DNA of 64,000 nucleotides from Rhizophagus irregularis (Eukaryota): NCBI RefSeq assembly GCF_026210795.1, contig NC_089433.1, positions 496,001 to 560,000 of the forward strand, read 5' to 3'. Shown piece by piece: positions 39,772 to 53,412 of this stretch (position 1 is its first letter; each line of letters starts with the position of its first letter). The notes under the pieces were generated by a model. It saw only the letters and a program-made list of their open reading frames with translations, ran no database searches and was not told where the DNA came from. The position numbers and the translations under genes were made by a program.

Positions 39772-40323
39772 TCACAATTCAACACGAGGTGATTCACGAT
39801 ATATAACGGTTGTTGTTGGATTTCCTTTATATGGACTGAAGATTTGTGTAATAATTTTGGCATATTCATAATTGTCACAAGTCACAATATAGACTCCACC
39901 ATCACTATTTTTAACAAATTTCTCCATTCTTTTCATATCAGTATTCATTTTGTGAGAACATGACATACAATTATCACAATCTCTAGATCCACCTAACATA
40001 TCTGCAATCAAATGACACCGTTCATCTCCCTTTTTAGCACATTTACAAGATTGTTTAAATTTCTCGCCTTTTTTAAGAAAAATTTTTCCTTCAATTGTAC
40101 CCTTACAATCCCTTGACCGGCTTGACGAAGTGGTAGGTTTAACTTTCTTTACTTTCTTTTTATCTTTTTTCAAAGGACAATTACCTTTAAAGGGACATTT
40201 TGGTTCATAATGATTATTCGGTTTTCCACAACAACTACATGTAAATTCTCTGCTTTTAACTAAAGGAATAAAAGCAAGAATCATTAAAAATAAAGAATAG
40301 ACGAAAATTCGTGAAAAAATCAT
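39772..40323 (-). CDS. Secreted Cys-rich protein with His-Me-finger (DNA/RNA non-specific endonuclease NS_2-like) domain
   Basis: Intronless 183 aa. Hydrophobic signal peptide (~1-24), CxxCx5Hx4C, Lys-rich patch, then DERCHLIADMLGGS..DN....MN..MK..E...VYIV...Y. Confidence 0.75.
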   Translation of the reverse strand: MIFSRIFVYSLFLMILAFIPLVKSREFTCSCCGKPNNHYEPKCPFKGNCPLKKDKKKVKKVKPTTSSSRSRDCKGTIEGKIFLKKGEKFKQSCKCAKKGDERCHLIADMLGGSRDCDNCMSCSHKMNTDMKRMEKFVKNSDGGVYIVTCDNYEYAKIITQIFSPYKGNPTTTVIYRESPRVEL

Positions 40324-40969
40324 TTTTCTACGATTACGTGTTAAGAAAAATCCGGATTTGTATTTTAAATGTTTTGCATACTAAAACGTTACACTGAACT
40401 AGTTACACGTTATACAACATGCTAATATGACAATCCTGATAATCCGGATCTTGCTCCGAAGTGAAGAGCGATCATCTAATTTTTTTTTTTTAGAACAAGA
40501 ATACGCCTTCAATCATGATTTTCAGAACATCAGGAACTTATTCTGTAAATCTGAAACTTCCATATTAATGGTGAATCAGCGATTCAGCGCACAAAGGTTC
40601 TTCAGGCATTTCGGATATCTTGTCGCTTTGTGAATAAAGCAATTTTCGGTATTTACGAAGTTCCTAATGGTCACAATAAAAATAATTTGGATTAACAGCG
40701 ATAAATATGGAAAAGGTATAGAGCCTTCCGGTCATATCTTGAAGAGTGAGCGTCTACACCGTCTACACTGTAACGGTTAGTGATTGGCATTTTGGGAGTC
40801 TAAGGAAGTTGAAAAAAAAAAGTTCGCCCCGAGCCCACTTTTCGTAAGTTGCATTCAGAAAAACTCGGACCCCATATCATATATGGCGGCAGAGTGTTTA
40901 ATTTTGGTTCCTCTTGGATTTATTTAAAGATACTAAAGGCGGCCAAACCTTCACTCATTTTATTTAGTA

Positions 40970-41130
40970 CTGCAGAAAATTTTCGTGAAATGAAGAGTAC
41001 AAGGAAGAATTTTAACTAGCGGTGATCATGTGAAGTAAACAAAATAAAGTTTAATTGGTTAAAAAAACTACACTAAAATTTTTAAGGTAACCCATTATGT
41101 ATTGTGTGAGGGGACGATGATTTTCTGCAG
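40970..41130. mobile_element. Possible small MITE with TA flanks
   Basis: TA|CTGCAGAAAAT...ATTTTCTGCAG|TA. Confidence 0.45.
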
Positions 41131-41649
41131 TAACACAGTAATACACCGCAAATTCTGTGAAATATCACCCCTGCATTGTGTTCAAACTTGAATATAACAG
41201 TAACTATATGGTAGAAGGCAGATAATACTATAATAGTTAAGATTAATCATTGCGGCGGATTAAAAAACCCATGCTGCGTCCTCGGGGGAAAATTGCTCAT
41301 TTTTGACTGTTTACTAATAAATAAGTGACAAAAATACAGAGTTCACCGTATCACGTGATCAGTGGCTGCGGTTATTTTTTCGGTGATTCTAAAAATGACA
41401 ATATGGTAGAACAGGTCCATTGTATCAATAACTTTGTCATATTACTATACAATAATACCATTAAAATAAACAATTATAAATCTTTCGTTCCTTTCTTCTT
41501 TCGAAGTTTTTCGTCATTTTGTGAGAAAGTCGTTCTCTGATCTCCTCGTTAACGAACATTTTAGCTGCTTGCTTCAGATGAAGATTTGTAATAACTTAAA
41601 CGACAGCAATGTTTGTAATAATTCCCATCCAGTCGTGAAATCCTCATTA

Positions 41650-42660
41650 GACACAAGACAGAAAAAGTGGTTGAATCTTTAATTTTTGTGACCCAAGTAG
41701 CTTCTTTATTGTCACATTTCTTATGAAAAGTTTCAGTTTCAATTCCATCTTGATTTGAACAATATAATAATTAAAATTATAGGGATAATTTTTACTATCA
41801 TAATAAGAAGATTCTTTCTTATCAAATTTAAATTTAGTTTTCTTGAAGGTGGTAAATTAATTTTAGATTTCATGTTAGGAATTATATGATATCATGAATT
41901 AAATCTTTTGGTAAGATGTTTTTATTTGTAACAATAAACCTTGTAAAAATCTGTATGTTCAATATCATAAAATCGAATTAAAGGAATAAATCTGTATAGT
42001 CTTTCTTTCAGCCCTTATCATATCTTCTTTACACAATTTTGTTGAATCATTCTTTAATTTTGTTAAGTATAACACCATTTTAATAAATTCTCCCAAATTC
42101 AATTTCTCTCATATTCAAATCAACCCTTTTTAAAAATAATTCTAACAATGATACTTTTTAAATTGATAAATTTGTCAGAATTGAATAACACGGTTGGATT
42201 TTGGTGTAAAAATTCAGTTTGATGTTTAATCAAAAATTCTTAAACATGAGAAATCAATGAACGGATAATAAGTTTATCAACCATTTCAATACATTAAAGC
42301 CTTGTAAATTCTTCAATTTAATATTTCCACAATAAATAAAACTAAAACAAATAATAGTTATAAATATATATTTATCATATCAATAAAATACTTATTTTGG
42401 GTTGCCTAAGAATGATATTAGATAATTGTGGTGAAATATTTGGTTTTTTGAAAATAAATTTTTCATAAATCTTTTCGGCCCACTCATTAGAAAATGCAGA
42501 ACGGAAATATTGTGACATAGCAAATAATATATTTGAAAGAGTATAAATTTCTTTGATATTTTGAACTTGTCCGACATAAATAATAACATCACATCCAATT
42601 TCTGATTCAAAAAGTTTTTCATAGTCACTGGATCACTATGCCAAAGATTTTGAAGATATT
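41650..42660 (-). pseudogene. BTB/POZ-domain gene remnant
   Basis: DVIIYVGQ..IKEI...SQYFRSAFSNEWAEK..KKPNISPQ | FIYCGNI...EFLIKHQTEFLHQNP...FIPLIRFYDI, with stops and deletions. Confidence 0.75.
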
Positions 42661-43921
42661 GTAGTAAAATTTAAAATTTGGAGTGGTAATTTTTATCAAA
42701 AAAAAAAATTTATATAAAACAGTAAATAATTTGAAGGTTAATTTTATTATTTTAAAATGTGTATTATTATTTTTTTTTTTTAATAATAATCTTTCCTTAA
42801 AATCTTTTTTTCCGCTATAGAAATTTATAGTTACACGATTTTAAAGTAATAAAAATAAGGCTTCCGTAAAATTCTTTTAAAAAATAATACTGTTAATTTA
42901 TTACGAACACATTTTTTAAATCGATAACAGATATATTAATATTAGATTTTGTCATATATTACTGTCTTATTATTATTTTTTTTTTTATTCAATAAAATAA
43001 TAAAATAAAATTTATCTGAAATCTCGTATTCAATCTAAAATTACTCATGTCATAGTTGTTATACGGCATTATTGCCCATAAAAAGAAATATTTGTAACGA
43101 AAAAAAACTATTGTAATTTGTTTTAGCTAATAATTAATTACACACTTACCATAACACCGGCACACCGCAGTATTGATCCGATCACTGATTCCAAACCTAA
43201 AAGTGAAAAACCGAAAAAAGTAAAAAAAAAAGTGATTTGAAAAACAAAGGTTTTTTTTTAAAAAAAATTAAGCCTTAGAAACCTGAAAAAAAAATATTCT
43301 GCTGTATCATTCAAGAGAAATATGCATATCACACATTCCTATGCCACACAATTCAAATTATTTATACAGAAAGTAATCTAAATATCACCAAATGATAATG
43401 ATAAAGAAAAATATTATGAAATTATGCTTATACAATATCATACTAATAAAGAAATATGTATTACTAAACTTTTTTCGTTAGTATTATCAAAATGTTGGCC
43501 ATTGGACTTACACATGACCCCAATAGTAAGTATATTACGCGTTTCACATTATACAATTTGATTTATTTATGGCTGGGAGACTATCTTCAAATTTGATTTT
43601 GTCATTATTATTATTATTATTATCCATTTTGTTAAATTTTTGTAGCAATACAATGTACAATGCTGATATTACAAAAGTAACCATTGCTTGAACTTGCAAG
43701 TTTTTTATACTTGCTTTAATTCAATTCACTTAATGAAAATAAAATTGTATAATATTCGTACTGAACACAGTATTTTATAAAGTATTAGAATTTGAAAATA
43801 AATAATCAATAATAGCTGTAATCTAACAAATACAGTAAGGAGTGTGTATTATGTACTTGTCAAAAATCATTTTTTTATAAATCAATAGTTCTTTAAATAA
43901 ACTCTTTTTAAAATAAAACAT

Positions 43922-44600
43922 CTACAGGTCATCAAAGCGTTTAATGACTACTCAGTGAAGGTCAACCCGATACATCACAAATCCAACAACCTTTTTACCT
44001 GGAAAATTGTTTTTTATCTTGCAGGTATTTTTTTACAGTTCTTGATATGCATCATCAAACTGACCCTTGATGTTCTTGAATATGTTATAGGAATTGGTTT
44101 TCAATTGTAATCCTAGAAGATGATCCTCATTGTAATTAAGAAACTCCTGAGACTTCTCAACCTGTTGTTGTCAGGTTGACGGCATATTCATCAGATCACT
44201 GATACAGAAATTCTTGAACATGATTAGCAACAGTATTGACTGATCTTCATTAGGAATCACCACAGTGTCTGCCAACTGTATGTTAAGGACACCCATCCTA
44301 AATATGCTTACCTTACTGTTCTTAATGAGATTTTGAGCAAAACTATGAACTACTTCTTTTAGAAATCCATCGTTTATGATATCTTCTAAGATTTTGTAGA
44401 AAACACGATGGTGCTGCTTGACTGAGAAATACATTGGAGTGATCAAAGCAAATTTTGTTCATCAGTTGATTTCTCTCATGCTCCAGTATAAGTACTTAAA
44501 AATAAGTTTTAAAGGTTGACTCCATAGAATGAATAACATCACAATGATCCTTTGAGATTTCTCCACCACAGTTTTCACTGCCAAGTGGTATACCCTAAAT
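43922..44600 (-). pseudogene. Decayed C-terminal part of an AAA-ATPase-like/PD-(D/E)xK family gene
   Basis: Coding-like composition ending ...DDAYQEL*...KKVVGFVMYRV...; several stops. Family resemblance by eye only. Confidence 0.35.
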
Positions 44601-46099
44601 ATAAATCTCTTCTAATTGTTAGAACACTTTCCTGATGAAACTCTGCCCTACTCCTTTTCTGCACATCATGAAAATATCTATTTCTTCTCCTTTGCATTAT
44701 AATAATGTAAGTAGAATAAAAGAAAGTTTACTAGAAAAGTTATTTTATTTTTACCTTCTCTCTCATATCAAATATTCCATAGCAGTGTGTGACCATTCAA
44801 TTGGCATTTTTGAGATTAAGATTTAAAAAAATTAAGATGAATTTTTTTTTCTTTTAAAAATGGACATACACTTCCCTTATAAATAATTTATCTAGTTTGA
44901 AATTCTGTTTCTTTTTAATAAACATTTAAAATAGTGTATTATATGCAAGTTCTTGGGGAAACTATTCAAAAACAGCTAAATAAGTGGATCTGCATACTGC
45001 TATGGAAAGTTGTATTTGTTCTTTCAAATCAAGTTTATCCCATAGTTTCTCCAGAGGAAGTAACATTTCCAGTTGTTGTTTAACTTCTTCTGCATCTTGA
45101 TCTTCAACTTTATGTAACTTGCAATTACTTTTGTCTTTTAAAGCCATCAATAACTGTCCATATATTAGGTAAATGAAATGGCATTGTTGTTTCCATGATA
45201 TTGGGTAACAACAAATAAAATAATCCAACTTATGATGTAAGCACCAAATGAAAGTTTCATTGTGAGAATAAACACCATGATAAGTATCTTGTAATATTGA
45301 CAAGACTCAAACATAACTTAAAATGGTAGTCTGATATTACTTTTATTCATTATAAGTACAATAACTCAGCAATCAAACCACTTAATAAAGTTTGTTCTTG
45401 TTGCTTTTGATAGTACTTTATTACAATATTTTTATTTTTTGTTCTTATAAGATTTTTGTTCACACTTTTATATTTTTCATAGTTAACTTTATCAGTTAAA
45501 TAAATACAGAAGCAGCTAATAAAAAAGTCGGTAAAAAAATCATATAATTTGGCTAATGTGAGAAAAAAAATAAATCCATATTTGCTGAATAATAGAAATT
45601 AATAAAATCAACTAGTTCTAAAGTAGTAAGTGTGTGATTGTTATGATATATAAATTTCTATTTTAGGAATAATTGGTTACTATTAATATGATGAATATCA
45701 TTATTATTAAGTTTATTAATAACCAAAAGCCACAATAAATCAATATTTTTTTTTTTACCTCATCATTCAATACTTTCCTCCGTTTCCTATTAGTCTGACC
45801 TTTATTAAATTTATTTAGGTATTTATTTTAAGCAAATTAGATATAATTTCAAAATTTCAAAATAAAAATTATTCATTGATGATAACAATATGATTCTAAT
45901 GATTCTAATAATAACGAATGTACAACAAATACTTATAATATATAAAAATAACATTTTCATTACCAATCATTCAGGTAAATAAATAAATTACTTGTTTTCC
46001 ATGAGAAAAATTTTATAAGATGATTGACTGATTTAAAAAGAAATAAACTTTTTCTCCAGGTGATTATTATTAGAAAAATAAACAATTTTTTTTTATCTT

Positions 46100-47056
46100 A
46101 AATAAAGATTTTATTTTTACTTTTATTAATAAAAAGTTTAATGTACTTTAGCAATAGCAAACAATGATAATAATCAATAGTTTAATGATATAATTGATGG
46201 TTTTTCAAGAAGAATTTCTATTGGTTTGTTTCAAATTATAAGATTGTCCAATCAAAATTTCGTCACATTCACGTTGATTAGCACAACAAATAATTTATAG
46301 TTAAATAGATTAAGGAACTTTACTGCTCTAATTATAAAGTAGTTGTTTCAGAATTTCAGAATTCAATATTTCGGTAATTATTATTTTGATTTAAATTCTT
46401 ATTTAAGTTGTAAAGTCATAAGACATTTTAAACACCTAAACTATATACAGTAACATTACGGTCAACATATTTGAATTAGAATTTAGATAATCCAAGGTTT
46501 GTAATCATTAATTTATTATCTTTATCATCAACTATTGAGATTAATTAACAAAATTATTTATTTTCCTGGAATGCAAGTATTATAAATCATTTATAGTGTC
46601 TAAAGTCATAATTTTATAAGCCCATTGAAGTGAATTATCTTATTTTTTAAATACTCTCTCAAATTACTTTGATCAGCAAATTGTAATGTCATCAAATAAT
46701 TATTTGATAATAGATTTATTATTAATTAATCAAGTTAGTTTCTTAAAATTTTACCTAGTAAATAGAGATTTATCTATATTAATCTTTTGTAATTGATTTA
46801 TGCTCGGATGAATACCAACTTTTCTTAAATTATTTAACTAGGATAATTATATTAAAACCATTAATAAATTAATAAACATATGATAGGAGTATTGAATATT
46901 TTTTAAAAGTATCTTTAATGCAATTTTAATTAATTCCATCATTTTTCCAGTCACAATTCCATATGTTCCTTTGCTAATTTTTCTAAATTACTGAATTTAT
47001 TATATTCAAAATAATTTGTCATCGTCCTTCATCTTGAGCTCATTTAAAGTTGTCAT
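46100..47056 (-). pseudogene. Degraded TKL kinase
   Basis: Fragments NYFEYNKFSNLEK..KGTYGIV, IALK, LQFADQSNLREYLK and IMITNLGLSK with frameshifts. Confidence 0.6.
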
Positions 47057-47569
47057 ATTTAGAAATAACATGAGAATATTGTAAAAGTTATAAGATTTTC
47101 ATTGGTTCATAATTGTGGAGTTACGGGATCATTTTTGGTGGTCAAATTCTATAGTTGATTATTGGCTGAAATCGATGTTTGATCAAAAATATTTTCTCTA
47201 ACTAAAAGTATTACTTTAGAAGTATATCATGGTAGAACACCAAAAAATACTGAAATGGGTAGGAGGAAAGAATGCGTAGCATAGGCCAAAATAATCATGT
47301 AAATCTTTACAATTTTTTATAATATTGGTCAGAATTTATTTCCTGTTTTAGTAACTGACCGTCACTATCATAATTCTGGCCCCGAAAAAATGCGTAAAAG
47401 CCAATAGTATTTTTTTTGGCAGGACCTTAACTATTTTAATATTTTTCGGAGTCCTATCATGGTATTTTAAGTCAATATATTATACATGCAGTAAATACAT
47501 TTATTTATTTATTTAACTTAAAGGAGTAAATATGTTTTTATAAAGTTTTGTTATGTATAATTTAGTTGA

Positions 47570-47910
47570 AATTTAGTATAAGAAAATTAAAAATACTTTG
47601 GTGAACAAAGTTAATTTTGAAATTTAACCTAAAAACATATTCAAGCCCTTTTATCAACTTTGCTTATTAATCTTGTACATAACATCAAATGAGATAATCA
47701 AAAATTCAAGATAACGATAATCAAAGAATTCATGATAATATTAATTTGAATCAACCATTTAATACTAAAGATGTATTAGATAAAGTAAAGAAAAATCTTT
47801 ATGATGCCATGTGTTTTTATTGGAGATTTTTACCTGAGGATTATTTATTATTAACTATTCTTAATCCAAGAGTTAAACATATTGATGATAAAGAAGAAGA
47901 ACGTTAATTG
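47570..47910 (+). pseudogene. hAT transposase C-terminal fragment
   Basis: VLDKVKKNLYDAMCFYW...LLTILNPRVK resembles the hAT LDPRxK motif. Confidence 0.5.
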
Positions 47911-48699
47911 GTATTATTTTATTTGAGTAGATACAAGAATTACAATACATAGGATTCTAAAAATTAATAGAGGAAAACTCTACATATCAAATGGAAAATC
48001 GCACTATAATTCACCAGCACTCTTTGTCAAAATTTAAAATTTGAATGTACAGTACAGTACTGCGCTGAATGGCTAATAAAATCTTTATAAACTTCGTTTT
48101 TGTAATATTTATTAGAAACTTCTGTGAAATATCTGATTGCTTTTTACCCTTTATCTTTATTAGTAGATCAATGTCATCAAATGATATATCAAAATCATTT
48201 ATGATAGTCTTTACTATTTGAATAATCTTCCATTCATTATCAGTAAGTCTTTATAATCTAAATATTCAAAGAGTATCTCTAACTTTGTCTTTCATTTTTT
48301 TTTTAGTGTATTTATTATTAACATATCAAACCAAACCACAGAATCAATATGTAGGTGTAAATTCCATTCAGTATTTGATTTAGATTTGTTTAGATGTAAT
48401 TCAATTCAGTATTTTTTTTTCAAAAGAGCTATTTCTATCAATGATTTCTCTTGTAAATAAGACATATTTGTGGCTACCACAATCTGGTCATCTTCAAAGT
48501 CTTCTAATATTCTTACCAAAATATATGGATTCTCACATCATATATACATCATATTTGGATTGTTTAATTCTGTGTCCCTAGTCATTATTAAACAAATAAA
48601 GCAGGATTATCTATCAAGATTATCAAGATTGCATCATGAAAAATACTAACTATCCTACTTATATATAAAATGTGAACTATATAAATTTATTCTACATGT

Positions 48700-49450
48700 T
48701 ACTCACCTCATTGATTTTGACAATCATCAATACTCCATAATGCACCATCACTAGAGAGGAGTATATTAGGAACCCCAATAAAGAATTAGTGTTGATGTTA
48801 ACTAACTTTTCTGGAAATGTATTAGTGTTGTAGAGATGTTGCAAACAATTCAACCATTGAAACTGCCAAAATGGTAACCATCGTAGAAATCAAGCAATTG
48901 CCTAAATATTTCATTCACCCTCATTTCACCTCAACTATGCTTTTGTCCAATATTCTGGAGAACGGACTAGATATCTTTAACGGATATACCACACACGTTT
49001 AAATCCACTGGTGAAGTCAACAATGGCTAGAGGACGATTTCCAGTAATTAGAAGAGCTCTCTTGAGTGATATGAAAAGTAGAAATATGAAAAGGTTTGAA
49101 ATCAGAGGCATTTTTCTGGGAACAATAGAGCGATATTGACTAAAGAATCACACTCATTGACAATGAACATCATCTGTTATTTATGATTGTTAATTTTGCA
49201 TTCTCCATAATACATCCAGTTAAGTTCACAATGCTTACCAGTCTTTTAAATGCCTCTGCCAAGGCTACCATGTGATCAAATAAGATAACAACATCTTCTG
49301 ATAGTGGAAGTTCCAGTCCATAGTTCTCACACTGAAAAGGATCAAATCGTCCCTCAGTCGAGTTTGAAATTTCAACTCAAAATCAGAGCCGCGGTCAGGT
49401 GATGTGACATTATGGGGTTGGAGTCCATCAAAACTCAGTGAATGCACCAT
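48700..49450 (-). pseudogene. Decayed AAA-ATPase-like (NTPase) domain
   Basis: Across frameshifts: IVNECDS (Walker B-like), SLKRALLITGNRPLAIVDFTSGF and FYDGYHFG. Confidence 0.5.
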
Positions 49451-49929
49451 GAAATAACAAGGAAGGGGGCCAAAATGAGTAGAATCTACGTCAGGGACAA
49501 TGTGATTGGTTCACCACATTGTAAAACGCATAGTTCTAGAAAACACAGGAAGGTCTTCCCATGACGTTTTGGTTGACAAAGAAAAGTGCTATTTTGCGAA
49601 CAAATTAATATGTGTGACAAAAAAGAGATTGCTTTGAAGGATGTCTATATAGTATGATTGTACACCATATTTAAACTGCGCAACTCCTGCAAATTGCAGT
49701 GGGTAAGTAAATGATGCAAGCAATTAACTCATTAATAATGTTCATTACCTTTCTTATTTGCAAAAGAAATAGGTAGAGATCTTCATAATATGTCTTTTTC
49801 CATGTCTCTATAATACGTGATTCCTTATGCATTTGGAAAGGATAACCTATAAAAAAATAAAGAAAACATTATGTAGGAAAATGCATGACCAAAAGTTGAT
49901 GAAAAGTTTAGTAAGCAGGAAGGCTTAAT

Positions 49930-50150
49930 TGTACCTTGATGCAGATCGGTGGTGGTGGTGGTAGCGGTTGCACGATTATGTGGAAAACATTCTTTGTAAT
50001 GATCATCTTGGTATAAAGCTTTACCGAGTTGATTTTCCCCTTTAGTAAACATTTCGTTAAGTTCATCCGAATGCTTATTATCACGCGGAATCACAACTTT
50101 CCATAATTTTAAACGAATAGCCTTGTTGGCTTTATCCTTATTGACACTAT
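49930..50150 (-). pseudogene. Crinkler-like N-terminal (ubiquitin-like) domain fragment
   Basis: KANKAIRLKLWKVVIPRDN matches the LxLWKV.IP motif of fungal Crinkler N-termini. Confidence 0.5.
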
Positions 50151-50569
50151 ATACAGATCACACTATATAGTTAACGATATCAGGTGATCTTCATTTTAAT
50201 AGTGATATTTCTTGTGATTTTCTTATTCTCTTATGTTCTAAGATTTTTATAATATTGATATTGATATTAATATTGAATTGATATTGATATTGATATCAAT
50301 ATTACGAACAATGGTCGTTTATATAAAAAAAAAAGAAAAATTTTTTGATCATGATTTGCGGTATGATCCGAAGAGCTAACCATATATTAACATCAAGGAA
50401 TTATGAATTGGCTGAGAGCTAACCATATATTTAATATCAAGGGAATATGTATTATTCATATACATTGTTTCAGAAGGCTAATTTTTGTGATTAATTATAA
50501 TAGGAATTGAAGGAAGTTAAATACATAAAAGCAGCTGAAATAATTTAAACAACTTAAATGAACCTGATC

Positions 50570-50850
50570 AAAAAATATAAATATATATCCGAATTTTATT
50601 AAAAAAATATATATATATCCAAATTTTATTATATACATATCCGAATTTTATTTATTAAAAAAAAAAAATATATCCAAATTTTATTGAAAAAAATATACAT
50701 ATCCAAATTTTATTATATATATATCTGAATTTTATTAAAAAAATATATACCCGAATTTTATTATCTAAAAAAAAAAAATTTATTTATTAAAAAAATATTA
50801 TACATATTACATGAATTGATTTATTAAAATAAAAAAAAATCCGAATTTGA
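50570..50850. repeat. Degenerate AT-rich tandem repeat (ATATATCCRAATTTTATT)
   Basis: About 8 copies visible. Confidence 0.75.
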
Positions 50851-51003
50851 TTTTAAGTTTTTAATCATGTGAAATAAATTTTATTGAATAATTTTATTTT
50901 GGTTAGAATTTAGAAACGAAAAAAATTTTTAAAAAAAAATTGTTAAATGTTGTTTTTATAAACTTCAAAAAATTTTTTTTTTTTTTAGACCAATTACAAG
51001 ATT

Positions 51004-51340
51004 AATTCTGATCGTTCGGGATTTTGATTGATGAAATTGTGTGACCTGATCAACGATCCGAACTTTCCGAACAACAAAATTGTGGTATCATTTTGATCAC
51101 TTTTTTTTAACGTGTCTGGTGTCTAGTGAAGTTTTAATACGCGCCCTCAAAAAGTTTAATATACCTTTACGATATTGCTTATTTGCCATTTTTAAAAAAG
51201 GAAAATATTTTATTATACGAAAAATAAAATGACCAAGGTTAACCGTTCAATAAGCCGATCAAAGTACTCAATTTTGATTTTGATCACATGATAGAATTGA
51301 TTAATGGATTTTCGATCAACAAACCCGAACGATCAGAATT
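51004..51340. repeat. 17-bp perfect inverted repeat pair, probable eroded MITE
   Basis: AATTCTGATCGTTCGGG at 51004-51020 and CCCGAACGATCAGAATT at 51324-51340. No TSD found. Confidence 0.55.
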
Positions 51341-51461
51341 GAACAGGCCTATTATTAAATCGAAATGTAAAAAACAATAAATTAAATTATTTATTTATTT
51401 TAAATGAAAATTAAATTATATCTTACCAATTGCAAATAAGTGTTAAAATTTATGGTATATA

Positions 51462-51516
51462 TCATACTCTTAGTAAGGGCCGGCCACCGCCCACCGGTCC
51501 TAGGGTATGACTCTAG
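51462..51516 (+). mobile_element. Possible orphan Helitron 3' terminus
   Basis: GC-rich stem (TCATAC..GGGCCGG / CCGGTCC..GTATGA) followed by CTAG|T. Confidence 0.4.
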
Positions 51517-53269
51517 TACTTTTATAAGATTCCATATTAGATTATTTAGATGAGCGATCTTGAGTTTGTTAATAATAATATTTTGGGCACCGCTGGCATC
51601 ATAAATGGAATTAACATCACATATATCATAAGAGCATTACTAAAACAGATAATGTTGTCTCGGTCATATATCTATAAAAGTAATGGTTAATTAAAGATTA
51701 AGGAGAGATTTCGGAAGTATCGAAGGTATAGACGCACTATTATATATATGAAAACGTACGATCATTTTGAGTCAACCTAATCTATCATATTCCTATGAGT
51801 GGAAAATGAAAATAAAGGAGCTAGACGATACCAAGTCATTATTCCATCGGTATTATGTATACACCGATGGATTTTTTTGTAAATTACTTCACCGGTATAA
51901 AAAAAGTATAAAAAGTATAAAATCCTTCGGTTTATACGTCATACACAATGAAATAACAAGTATTTATTGCATAGTATCATCATTTTATTATAAATATCGA
52001 GGATAAATTAAATAAAATTATAGAAAATTTTATTAAACTTGAAAATAACCGTAAAAGATTAGGTGAAAATTATTACATAAATTTGAAATTCATGTTAGGT
52101 CGGACAAGGTCATAAGGGAAAAAAATATAAATTTAAAATCAACCAAAGAGAGTAACAAAAAAGATAAAAACACTGCAATAGTTAATATAGTATTTGAACG
52201 TAATAATATTATAATTATTAGATGTCTTAAGTCTGTTGAAAATTGGAACCACGTATGAATATGTGAAAGCTAACGTTACAAACGAAAATAATACGATGAT
52301 AAAATTGGAAAATGAATATAAACAATCGAATGATATAGATAAGTTTCCAAGCTATCAGGCGGAATGATTCAATTACCTTCAGAGAAATTCAGAGTATTGT
52401 GCTTGAGAGCTAAATTAACAAAACTAGCAACTAATAAATATAAGTTGAAGGTTTATAGAAGAGATATGGGAGAAAAGTTATTGGAATATTTGGAATAGAA
52501 TTTAGTTGCATCGCCGTAATGAAATAAAAAAGATTGAAAAAATATTACCGATGATCAATTAGAAATATAAAAAAAAATAATCAAAAAAAAAATATTGAAA
52601 ATGATGTTTTTTCGCAACTATCACCATACCAGCATTATGATGTACTTTTGGCCAGAATTAAAAATCTAATAAAATACCGGCCGGAATTACATCATAAATT
52701 CACTGTCACCGCTGGTGATATTTAGTAATACCCTATTTTAATTAATTGCTCTTATAAAAATATTTGACCATATACTACTTATAAAATCAAATTAATAGAA
52801 ATAGTTATACGTCATTGATGTAATAGTAAATAGTGTAAATTTTATTTAGTATTTTATAAAAATTTTTTACAAAAAAAAAAAAAAAAAAATTTATATAAAT
52901 GTATAAGTATATGTGATATTATAAATAAATTGAAATAAATCGAAATAAATTGAAATGTAGACAAAAAAGTTTTATTTTTCAAAATACGAAAAGATATCTG
53001 ATATAATACAAAAATTAAGCATCATGACTATTAAGTAAAATTGCATAAAAAATAAAAGAAAACATTGATACTAGTCTTGAATATTAAAGCTACTAATAAA
53101 TTTAGAACTTGACTAAAATATATTTTTATAATTTTTCATAATGCGAAATTGAGATTTTGCTAGGTAAAATTGGTAAAGAACTAAAGACATATTATAGAGA
53201 AATTTCAATTTTCAAATCTAGTCACGCTAATTTTAATATAGCTAGCTAAGTAACAACTCTGCCATATTT

Positions 53270-53412
53270 TGGGCGTAAGAGAATTTATACTGCTCTTATG
53301 GGAAATTCTCCCATAAGAGCATTTATACGCTCTTACGCCAAATTTTCCATAAGAGCATTTATACGCTCTTATGGAAATTTTTGCGTAAGAGCATTTTGCC
53401 GCTCTTACGAAG
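53270..53412. repeat. Four tandem ~36-bp palindromic units
   Basis: TAAGAGC-ATTTATAC-GCTCTTA repeated, with AAATTTT linkers. Confidence 0.8.

Noticed and set aside
44962..45303. 113-aa minus-strand ORF
   Set aside because: Coding-like but no recognisable motif, with a non-ATG start; cannot be assigned.
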